DNA from: Azolla caroliniana
Lineage: Eukaryota > Plantae > Polypodiophyta
DNA length: 64,000 nucleotides
Assembly: GCA_043228905.1 (NCBI GenBank)
Contig: JBHGNT010000003.1
Span: forward strand, 12,462,001-12,526,000
Direction of reading: 5' to 3'
Every line of letters starts with the position of its first letter. Positions within the stretch are counted from its first letter, which is position 1. Shown here in pieces: positions 1-10,707 of the stretch. A program made the translations under genes and the position numbers. The notes under the pieces were generated by a model that saw only the letters and a list, made by a program, of their open reading frames with translations, was not told the origin of the DNA and searched no databases.

Positions 1-585
1 TTCACTATGATAGTGGATATACAAGAGAGAATAGATTACAACACTCTCTGTACAGAGTGTATCAACCACACGGGGCTCTTGGCATCTACGGTTACACAGT
101 TATGATGCCGCTCACGCTCTCACGCATTTCTTTCTTCTTTTCTCTCTTGCTCTATTCTTTTTAAAGTTTTGCCCTTGAGGTATTTATACCTCAACACAGT
201 GTGGGGTATTTGCAAGTATGTATAATCAACCAAATGATCGACTAGTTGATTCAACTAGCCGACTACTATGTCGACTGTCCAGCCGGCCCCACTAGTCGGC
301 CTTGTCGTTGACCATCCAGTTAGCCCGACTAGTCAATCGTGTCTTCGAAGTGGATCACTTATACAATGTTGTCGATTCTCACCATGTCTTCGATTCTCGG
401 CTCTCAGCGGGACCAATCGGCTTCTCCTTGTTCTTTCATTGTCAGCTCTCAGCCTGACCAGTTACTCTGTGTTCTTCGATTGTCGGCTCTTAGCCCGAAC
501 AACCGCCTACTCTTGGTTCTTCAACTTTCGACTCTTGCTCAGCTGAACAATCAGCTCCTCCCACAAGAGGGACATATTCCTAACA
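1..585 (-). mobile_element. Ty1/copia LTR (family D), runs off the window start
   Basis: Reverse complement starts TGTTAGGAATATGTCC, as do the LTRs at 25098 and 27955 that flank a copia gag-pol. Confidence 0.85.
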
Positions 586-2062
586 CTTTTGCATGTGAAG
601 TTCAAGTGACATTGAAGTTGATTGGGAAGACTTTACTGGTCACGAATCATCACATTATAGAGAGTCCTCCAGTACAAACATTGGCTTGAATTCTGAGGAT
701 ACCTCTGAGGATATCTCTCCTTTTACCTTTTATGGTTTATATTTTTCTCCTTTAGCTAATATGTTGTAGTTTGTGTCTCCAAGTCTAGGTGGTATTATGT
801 GGCCTTGGAATCAGCTCGAGGTTATGGGTGTTGTGATTACACAGTGTTTGCACACATATCATACACTATGTGCTAAGTACCACTTAGTACTTAGCTATGG
901 GTTTCAAAATTCACTTCTCTGGTATGTGATACTACTATTATGTTTTGTTGCATTCTCTAATTCCATTTTATAATTGATTTAGTATTGGTTTACGTCACAG
1001 TTCATACCAGAAAATAGAAAATTTATGGTTTAGTACTGGTTTCGCTCCATATACTATATGTTGCATCGATATTTATGTGGTTTAGTTCTTGTGCATTCAT
1101 CATAATTAATTTTACATGTTGGTGTGTAGTTGTAGTACTACTACACATGCTACTCTGACTTAATCCCATTCTATATTTAGGTGGGCTAGTACTAGCATAG
1201 TACACACTGTCGAAGATCTTTAGGTGTACAGTTGGTGTAGTACTAGAATCCGTCCTATATTTAGGTGAGTTAGAACACACTTCATTTTTCAATTAGTTGT
1301 ACAATTGGTTTAGTACTATAATCCATTCTATATTTAGGTGGGCTACTAGCATAGTACACACTTCAGGAGACCTTTAGGTGTATAGTTGTAGTACTAGAAT
1401 CCATCCTATATTTATGTGAGCTAGTACTAACATAGTACACACTTCATTCTGCAATTAGTTGTATAGTTCATTTAGTACTAGAACTCATTCTATATTTAGG
1501 TGGGCTAGGACATGCATACTACACACTTCAGGAGACCTTTAGGTGTACAATTGGTGTAGTACTAGAATCCATCCTATATTTGGTTGAACTAGTACTAACA
1601 TAGTACAACACACTTCATTCTGCAATTAGTTGTACAATTGGTGTTAGAGTTATGATCTAATGTAAGCATATGATAAGGATATAAAATATATGAAATAAGA
1701 AAGGAGAGAGAGAAAGAAGGGTGCTGATCCACCCGACCACCCCCGAGCGAAGGGGTTGAGCCTCAATTGGCGTCCCATACCACCGTCGTGGCGTCAAGTC
1801 GTACTTGGTGCTTGCGCGCTCGCTACAAGAGTTGACCCACCACAAGAACAGAGTCTCAACGTAGTCAAGAGATGATGAATTGAGGGTAGCTAGGCCTCAT
1901 ATTTATAGCGAGACCCAAGGCCCCCAGGCAAGTTCACACTTGGCCTAATATGTTGTCTCAAATCCCAATAATATAAAGTAATCTTCCCCTTCTTTACACT
2001 CTCGTTCAACCCTCACACTTATTCATGTGCATAGAATACTATGGTAAATTCTTACCTCGGGA
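162..2062. repeat. Left arm of a large inverted duplication (right arm 22941-25528)
   Basis: Near-identical reverse-complement match; mirrored ORFs (268+/24994-, 773+/24712-, 1023-/24393+, 1657-/23158+). Confidence 0.95.
1130..1641. repeat. Degenerate tandem repeat, ~75-85 bp monomers alternating as a ~160 bp dimer, rich in TAGTACTA palindromes
   Basis: Anchor TATATTTAGGTG recurs at about 1172, 1256, 1329, 1407, 1491, 1576; mirrored at 24047-24560. Confidence 0.8.
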
Positions 2063-2086
2063 TATTAAATGGCCATGCCTGTAACA
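1642..2086 (-). mobile_element. 3' LTR of chromoviral gypsy copy A1
   Basis: TG...CA ends; reverse complement of the LTRs at 10708 and 17218. Confidence 0.9.
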
Positions 2087-2472
2087 TACTCATGTTAGGG
2101 AAGTCAGTTCTAAGAGTATTTTCCCATTCCCATGTGGCATCTTTGATAGATTTATCCATCCATTTAATCTTAAATTCTCGAATTATTTTTGTACGCAGAT
2201 TTCTTGTTTTAATATCAAGAAATCTTTCTAGTACATGTGGTTTAGAAGATAATTCTTCAGAAGTAACCAGAGTGTCAGTTGTAACTGTATTGTCGCTAGA
2301 ACCTAGAAGTTCTTTTAGACGACTTACATGAAAATTTGGATGAATTTCAACGCCATCGGGAAGAGTGAGATGATAGGTTGAGGACTTGAAAAGGTCAACA
2401 AAACCGTGGGGCTAACTTAGCGCACTTACCCGTACACAATGTCTTAGAATTGTAAGGGACACGTAAAGATAT
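2087..2472 (-). pseudogene. pol: A1 integrase C-terminus and chromodomain (continues at 63071)
   Basis: Minus strand encodes ...FKIKWMDKSIKDATWE...; colinear with 16810-17180 of copy A2. Confidence 0.85.
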
Positions 2473-2574
2473 TGTTACGGGCATGACCATATAATATCCC
2501 GTGGTGCGAATTTACCGTAGTATTCTATAGACATGGATAAGTGTGAGGGTTATTATATGGTCATGCCCGTAACA
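2473..2574. mobile_element. 102-bp fold-back mini-element made of two inverted family-A LTR 5' ends
   Basis: Perfect 24-bp inverted repeat TGTTACGGGCATGACCATATAATA at 2473-2496 and 2551-2574. Confidence 0.85.
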
Positions 2575-3384
2575 TATTGTTACCCGGACACGTATGGATG
2601 CGTCGGAGTGGAAAGGAAGTTCGGAGTCGGAGTCGGATTCAGATCGACAGTTCGGATCGATGACTGAGCAGATATCCGAATAGGACATAGTTAGTTACGA
2701 AGTTTTGTAATTCTTAATAATTATAGGTAGTAGGGTTTCTTGATGAGAAAAGACCTTCGGGTTACCTATAAAAGGAACCGAAGGCATTGTAAAAATCTAT
2801 CGTTGTATTTAGTAATATAAAGTTTAGTTAGGAAACCTCTGTGTACGGATCACTCTTGCCATCTATTTCCTTTTGTCTAAGCTATATTACATAAGTCACG
2901 ATCTCGGTGTCTGTTATCATTGATAAGTTTACAGATAGTTCGTATCTATTCGTCTAACCACAACTTCTTGATAGAACATTCGTCTTATACTGTGTCGGCA
3001 AAGTAGTAATTGTCGACTGTTGTCCGTCAGAATAGTAATCGACGGACAAGAGCACAGTAATATGAATAGAATAATATTGTAACGCATGTAATGGTTCACG
3101 CGGGAAGCGTGAACGGCTAAAAGACCCTTGTGTATATAAAGGGCAGAAAACCTCTGATAGAGGTAGCGTGTAATTAGAAGAGTGGAAGGCCTTTTGATTG
3201 GAATATAATACTATCTTCTCTGAGTTTTGGTATCTGTTTGGTTTTCATTTACCGCTGTCTGTTCAATTCGTAAGTATTGTAGCCAAGCGTAATGGCGCAT
3301 GCAGTGTGCGCACTAAGGAGTTGGTTTAGGATACGCTGGGATACGCTGTAGGATACGTTGTAGGCATTGAAAGTTATGTTGACA

Positions 3385-3862
3385 TAGGCACCGGTTGCCC
3401 AACCACCAGATTGGGAAAAACCATTTCATGTATTTGTCGACGCCTCAGATGTAGCAATCGGGAGCGCGTTGATGCAACTCATAGATCCTAACTGGTACTG
3501 GCCAGTGTACTACGCAAGCTGCAAACTATCAATAACAGAGCGCAATTATTCCACGACGGAGCGGGAAGCATTAGGGATGATGGTATACAACATCAATAAA
3601 TTTAGGCATTACCTATTGGGGCGGGGTGTAAATTCACGTTCCACGTGGACCACGCAGCGTTGCTGTATTTGGTGGAGAAACAGGCACTAACTGGTAAATT
3701 GGCTAGATGGATGGTTTTGCTTCAAGAATTCGATTTTACAATACAACACCAACTTGGCGCACAGCATGCACTAGCAGACTTTTTGAGTCGATTGGATAAC
3801 AGTGAAACGGTGAAAAAGGACGACGATGACTTCCTAGATGCTGATATCCTCCGAATAGCAAC
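3385..3862 (+). pseudogene. pol: Gypsy RNase H domain of element C
   Basis: PFHVFVDASD, YYASCKLS..ERNYSTTEREAL, ARWMVLLQEFDF motifs; frameshifted. Confidence 0.9.
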
Positions 3863-5660
3863 AGGCAAAGAGAAAGTCGTATTGACGGCGAAAAGCGAGG
3901 TCCTGGCATATCTGGACATTCCGGACACGGCCCATGAGTTCGGCGCACTATTATAGTTCGGAACCTCTTTTGAACTCATAGAATTCTTGGCAACGCAACA
4001 AATAAAAGTCTCACAACGAATGGCCGAGGAGCATGCAGAGCGCCAAATGATCGAGTGCACATTAACACAAACGGTAGAAAGCAACGATGAGGATCAGTTA
4101 GCTAGAGTCGACAGGCAGAGGAACGCTGGTATACGCCGAATGGGGATGGAACTACCCCCATTAAATTCGGCCCTTGTCGAAGTTCATAGGGAACTAGCAA
4201 AGGTCAGTATGGGCGCCAAGGATATGGCGATTAAAAATAAAAATGTCTGGAAAAAGGTTAAACTGACACAAGCCGAACTACAAAAGGCCAATGAACGCAT
4301 CACAGAGTTGGAAAATAGCGCGACTACGGCGCAACAGGCAGCTCCACCAACAACCCACGTCGTCGAAACCTTGAGGGAAGAGATTGAGGCTCAGACCGCC
4401 ATTGCTTCAAAAGAAAAACGGGCCGTACAACTAGCGGAATCAGAGATTGACCGCCTCCGCACAGAACTTCGCCAGTCCTCAAACAAAGAAAAGGACATCC
4501 GGGCCAACGGCCGAAAGACAGTGAAGATCCTTGAAGAGAAATTCGCAACGGAGTCAGCACAGCACACCCAGATGAAAGAAGAAAACGCCCAATTATGGGA
4601 GGAAGCGAAAAAATTGGAATTGGCAATCGTGAGACTTCGGGCCTTATTAGAGAAGAAAAAAGCATGGTTCAACGAGCAACTGGTAGGAGAACAGGAGAGA
4701 AGGCATCAGCTCGAAATCCGCCTGAACAATGAAATGAGAAAACTGGAAGAACTACATGTGAAGGAATCCTATCTTTGTGCAGGAATGAGGAGCACGTATG
4801 AGGAAGTGTCGGTAGTTAATCAACAAGAGATTGCAAACCTCAAGAAATCTGTAGAAGAAGCACGGAACCGTTGCCAAGCCATAATAGACAACGTGCGTAT
4901 CCTTTTGCAAACGAATTGGGAGAGGTTTACATGGCAATTAAAAACGACGCTAGACAAAGGATGGATGGCGTGGGCTGCACAAGCGGTGGAATTACATACG
5001 TATCGAGCGAACTGGGAGAACCGGAGGAAAGACGGTTGTGGGTTCTATAAACTCAATGAGGAAAGCATTGCGGCAGTACGCGAGGACCTAGCGGAGGACT
5101 ATCACACGCTAGCGGACCAACATTCTGAGGAACTCGCGCAACTACTAGATGATTTTGGCGAAAGTCAAGAGGACCTGTTTCACTAGATCACACAAGCCGG
5201 CAGCACGCGAACAAACGAGGAATCCATCGCGACACCAATTCCGGATACTGTTGATCAAGAGGAACCTCCGGCCATGTCACCAAAAATTACCACTACGGTG
5301 AACAGCGCGGAACGGCAAGCGGAGTCCCCTGCAATACCAGACGGTGAAACCACCGCCCAAGAGGAACCCCATCCACTGGTGCATACGCTTACGGCCGACC
5401 GCACGGAGAATGTTCCGGACCAAGAGGAACTGCAACCCCACTCCCCAGAGCGTGCAACGATGGCCGACATCACGGAAGAGGTGACGGACGAAACAAAGCC
5501 GCGACCTACCGCAAGCCCGAGGACAGCTGAACCAAGCCCCCTAGCCCAAGAAGAGCCCACAGAACCCGGACTGCCTACACAGGACAACCACGGTACCATG
5601 AGAAGCCCTCCTGACCAAGTAGGGGAACCACAAAACGACTCGCCATGGCACTGTCCGTAG
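3863..5660 (+). pseudogene. Extra 3' ORF of element C: long coiled-coil protein with P/T/E-rich tail
   Basis: ORFs 3645, 3987 (399 aa) and 5274 share one frame, split by two TAGs; homologous to 60950-62550. Confidence 0.75.
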
Positions 5661-5702
5661 TAGAACCAAACATCAGGGCCATTTTGGAAGAAGATTAAAG
5701 GG

Positions 5703-5743
5703 ATGGGTCCGACGTGCCATGGCACTGTCCCACATGCATGCCA
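5703..5743 (+). other. tRNA 3'-half-like structure ending in CCA, 2 nt before the 3' LTR of C
   Basis: ATGGG TCCGA [C-GTGCCATGGCAC-T] GT CCCAC ATGCATG CCA GG | TG. Confidence 0.65.
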
Positions 5744-6172
5744 GGTGTTGTCTGCCGGAATAGTAACCGACGGACAAGAGTGCAGTAATATGAATAGAAT
5801 AATATTATAACACATGTAACGGTTCACGCGGGAAGCATGAACGGCTAAAAGGGCAGGAAACCTCTGATAGAGGTAGCGTGTAAGTAGAAGAGTGGAAGGC
5901 CTTTTGATTGGAATATAATACTATCTTCTCTGAGTTTTGGTGTCTGTTTGGTTTTCATTTACTGTTGTCTGCTCAATTCGTAAGTATCGTAGCCAAGCGT
6001 AACAACGCACGCAGTGTGCGCACTAAGGAGTTGGTTGTAGCCATCCCTTCCCCTTACGCTGGGATATCCGCTTACAACCTACGATTACCATTCTGCGCTG
6101 TCTACCTCGAAGGACTGAGTGTAGACAAGTGTTCCTAATCGGTAACATCAACCGAACAACACAATATAATTT

Positions 6173-6185
6173 TGGCACACCCGGT
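6173..6185 (+). promoter_or_regulatory. Primer-binding site of B (tRNA-Arg type)
   Basis: TGGCACACCCGGT, 11 nt after the LTR end; one change from TGGCACGCCCGGT, the complement of the plant tRNA-Arg(UCU) 3' end as I recall it. Confidence 0.65.
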
Positions 6186-6216
6186 TACATCTGCACATAG
6201 CAGAGAGCAAGACAAA

Positions 6217-9200
6217 TGGATGTCATCTGATCCCGATACACCAGTCAGTTGTAAACGTCCTCGTACGCGTTCTGTTACGAAGGCGCTAGAGACAAAATCG
6301 GCTGAGGAATTATAGGCGGAAACAAGTAGAAGGTGGTCTGTACTTCTTGATTTAACTGATAGCCAGTCTTCGAACGAAAATCAGCCGGAAGAGGTAGCAC
6401 TTTACAATATTTGGAGTGAGGACAATATGCCTTATCCGTATTCTAAGTTCTATGAAGGAGCTGATGCAGAAGTGCATGTGAGGGATTTCTTGACAACATG
6501 GGAGATTAACCATGGTGCTTAGAGACTGTTTGCGGCAGCTGAAGATAAGTCTAAGATTGCTGAGTTCGTTTTGTCATTGGAGGGTTATTCCGCTAATTGA
6601 TTTGCGCAAAATGGTCTCCGTGGGTTCGAAACATTTGAACAATTGACCAACAAATTTCTACAGTTTTTTCATCGTTAGATACCTCAAAAGGATTTGATAG
6701 CGCAATTTTATGCGTTGTATGAGCAGGAGGAAACAATGTCTCAATTCGTGATCCGTTTTCAGAATTTACAACTTCAAATTTCTAGGCCTATTCCAAACAA
6801 TGAATTGAAGGATGTATTCCTTGAAGCAATTCGTGAACCATTACGAACAACACTGAAGGTGTTCGATTTCCGGAATCAGAATATCGAGCAAGTGATTGAT
6901 AAGGCAATCACTATGGGCCGACAACCGATAAATGTACGAAGTATGGATATGTCAACACTAAATTGTACACTGCCAACGATGGAGGAGTTACAATTTCGAC
7001 AAGCAGTTCAGTGTACTACTTGTTTAAATACTGGTCATTCGACGATCGAATGTAGTCTACGAACGCACTGCACAATATGTCATTCTAAACTTCATTCGGT
7101 CGAGCAATGTGAGTATAACTTGCTCAATAAGACAATGACTCCAGTAAGACAAATTTTTCCAGAAAACGGGTACCACAATAACCAGAATTCATTCAATAAT
7201 AGGTACCAACAAAATAGTTTTCCACAAAATCAACAACATAATTTTCAACAAAATCAAGCCTTTCAGCAAAATAATTTTCAACAGAATCCAACTTTTCAAC
7301 AAAAGAATTTTCAGCACAATCAAGATTTCTCGGCAGTACCGAATATGAATCAGCAATAGCAAAATGGAGGACGGTTTAAGTAGAACCGGTATAAAAATAA
7401 AAAATTCTACAAGCCGAAATCCTCACGACAGTTTCAGCAATCGCCGAATTCTAATGGGAATGATGGTCGACAGTTTATGCAAAAGGATGGGACTGGTCAG
7501 TTTGTGCAAGGCAAGGGAAGTAGAACGTTTGTTGCTACTTGCTATATTTGCTGTCAAATTGGTCATTATACTAATCAGTGTCCTGCTAAAGGAAAAGGAC
7601 CGGTGGTTAATATGGTTATACGGGAAATACAACAAGTAACCACTAGAAGCAAAAGTAAACAATCTGAGTGGGAGATTCAGGAAGCAATCTGTAAAGCAGC
7701 CAAGGAATGGGTAGAGGAAGCAAACCAAAATAATGTAAACCGGATGCTCCAAGACAATGAAATTAACCAAGCTACCGAATGACCAGGAGCTACGGTTGTA
7801 CCAAAACAAGAGGAAACTTGGAAGATCTTGGCAGATTGCCAAGTATCACTACCACTGACCAGATTACTTAAGTTGGTTCCTAGATTTACCGAAAAGGTGG
7901 CGACATTGATTGCCCAAAAAGGGTCAAAACAAGTATCAGTACACTATAGTCAGCCGAGCACCAGCCCTTCAATCATGGATGAGCAAAATCCATCGATGAA
8001 AGTAATAATTCATGGTCAGGAAATCGAAAATGCGATTGTCGATGGTGGCTCATGAGTAAATGTCATTAATAAAACCACCTGTGATAGGTTGGGTATTACT
8101 AAATCGGAAGCTTGCCCATTTTGGCTAAGACTGCCAGATAACAGTACGGTATGACCAATTGGCTTACTCCAACAATTAGAGGTGGTGTTGGGTGGTCATA
8201 GTTTTCTTATATCGGCAGTAATACTTCATTTGGAAGCTCTTGGTGCATATCCCTTGCTATTAGGTCGGCCATGGTTAAAGATTGCTAACATCAAGTAGAA
8301 TTGGAATCATAATCAATTGACATTTAGAAAAGGCAAAACGAAAATCCGGGTGTCTACACAGAACAAGGTTGTGACAAGCAAACAATGTTTGCAAGTGCAT
8401 GCTGAGTCCGTCAATGTGATGGAAGGATTAGACGAGGTTGAAGGAAATCAGTATTTTGATGATAATCCGAAAATCATTCCTTTGTTCGAAGTGGATATTT
8501 TACAAGCCCTGACACCATATGTGGATTCCTAGGATGAATCGTCAATAGATGAGCAAACAATGAAGGAAATACGACTCCAGCAAGAAGCTACCGACAAAGA
8601 GATAAAGGTGTCCCAATGAGTTCAAGCTTCAACATTGGAGGAAATAAATTTGGCAGAAGAAGATAAGGACAATGAGTTGAAAACAATACTCATTGCTAAA
8701 GATATGATAGAAACTGACAAACAACGATTAACGACATTATTAAAGCAATATAAGGATGTCTTTGCATGGTCTTTTGAAAATATGAAGGGACTTGACCCAA
8801 CTTTCTGTCAACACCAAATCAACCTGCATTAGGATGCAAAACCAGTTCAACAACGTAGGTACCGATTAAATCCTAATTATGCTATTATTAAAGTAAAGGA
8901 AGAAATAGATAAACTTTTGAAAGTAGGGTTTATTCGTTTGGTGAAAAAATTGACATGGTTAAGCCCAATCGTAGTAGTTCCGAAAAAGAATAGCAAGATT
9001 CGGGTATGTGTCGACTACCGAAAACTAAATGCGGCTACCGTTACGATTACCATTTACGCTATAGTTTCCTAGATGGTTTTAGTGGTTATAATCAGGTTCG
9101 GATGAATCCGGAAGATCAAGAAAAGACAACTTTTGTTACAGAATGGCGAGTGTTTGTAGCAGTAGTAATGATGTTTGGCTTGAAGTTCGCCCCGGCGACA

Positions 9201-9670
9201 TTCCAAAGAGTGATACAGGAAATATTTGGGGATTACATTCCTGCATTTATGCAACTCTTTTTGGATGATTTTGTGGTTTATAGTCGGAAAAACGAACATT
9301 TTGAGCATTTACGACTATGTTTGGAGGAATGTCGGACAGGTCGGCTTAGTTTAAATCTGGCAAAAAGCGCATTCGGGGTCACTAGTGGCACATTATTAGG
9401 CCATATTGTCAGTCAAGAAGGAATTGCCGTGGACCCCGACAAGATTAAAGCCATACTGGAAGCACCGGCACCCCCGACAAGGTTAAAGCTCTCAATCGGG
9501 TTTTAGGTCAGATTAGATGGCACAACAAAATGATAAGATATCTTGCGGATATCGTCATTCCCTTACATACAACAGTGCACAAAGTTCCTTTTCAGTGGAC
9601 AAGTGTGGAACAGGATGCATATGATTGTCTCAAGAAAATGTTGTCCAAAGTTCCCGTGGTTCAACCACCT
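6217..9670 (+). pseudogene. gag-pol: B gag-protease-reverse transcriptase (5' half of gag-pol)
   Basis: CX2CX4HX4C knuckles (CTTCLNTGHSTIEC, CTICHSKLHSVEQC, CYICCQIGHYTNQC), protease IVDGGS, RT SFLDGFSGYNQ and FLDDFVVY; many stops. Confidence 0.92.
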
Positions 9671-10707
9671 TGCAGTCTATTTTTTTAGTTGATTTACGGT
9701 CCATATTGCAATAAACTTGTATCAGAGCTTGAGGTGCAAGAATGGAAGGGGATGTGAGCCTTTTTCCAGGAATGATCATCCTAAACTCACACAACTACTC
9801 AGACTAGAAGATCAAGATGGAAGATCTTCTTATAGTCAAAGACACGTACGAGCCCATACACAAGAGTAAAATACCCACAGGGATGTTAGAGTCTGAATGG
9901 AAACTTCTGAACAGGAAGGCAATGTCCATCATCAGATAGTGTGTGGACGTGAGTGTTCTACAACATGTGGCTAACGACACAAAAGCCAAAATGTGGCACA
10001 AACTATCAGGCTTGTACGAAAGGAAGAATGCCCTCAACAAAGATTCTTTGAAGAGAAAGATTGTAAGACTGAAGTACAAAGATGGAGAAAGCATAGTAAT
10101 ACACGTCAACACCTTCATAGGGTTAGTAAATCAACTTGTGGTAGCCAAGTTTCCCCTAGACGATGCTCTTCAAGGTCTACTATTGTTGTGTACCCTAATG
10201 GACAACTAGGAGAACTTGATGGTGTCTCTCAATACCTCGTGCCAAGAAAAGAATCTGTCTTTACAAGTAGTAAAGACAAGTATCCTAAATGAGGAAACAA
10301 GAAGGAAGGACAAGCATGTCCGGCCTCAGATGGAGGCTAATGTGGCACAACACTCTAGTAGAAAAAGAAGCAAATAGAGAAGTTCACAAAAGAGAGACAA
10401 GTCTCATGCAAGGTCCAAGTCCAGAAGAAAGCTCACATGTTTCTATTTCAGAAAACCTGGACACTTCCAGAAGGAAAAATGACACCTTAAGAAAGACAAA
10501 GGTGCTTAGAATGATGTCGAATCTAGAAAGTTTTCTGAGGAGAAGAGCACTTCAATTGTGGCTACAAGTGAAGAAGAATTCGTGTTCATTTGCGAGCAAG
10601 TGAGTGTAAACCTCGCAAATGAAGAGTGCACTTGGGTGATTGACTCTAGTGTATCATTCCACCTCCCTGGAGAGAATGTTTCCCATCTTACACAGCCAGT
10701 GACTACG

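Larger units (their letters stand above)
3018..6147 (+). mobile_element. Internally deleted gypsy element C inserted in the 5' LTR of B
   Basis: LTRs 3018-~3327 (truncated) and 5746-6147; TSD TCGAC (3013-3017) / TCAAC (6148-6152); B's LTR resumes with CGAACAACA. Confidence 0.85.

Noticed and set aside
268-1845. Short ORFs conserved between the two arms as real genes
   Set aside because: They lie in LTRs and repeats; their conservation just reflects the recent duplication.
3987-5186. Host myosin/SMC-like gene
   Set aside because: It lies inside LTR-bounded elements at the same position in two families; the similarity is generic coiled coil.
5746-6147. LTR C as a shared LTR driving the gag-pol at 6217
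   Set aside because: TSD TCGAC/TCAAC and the resumed CGAACAACA show that C is an insertion in B's LTR; the gag-pol belongs to B.
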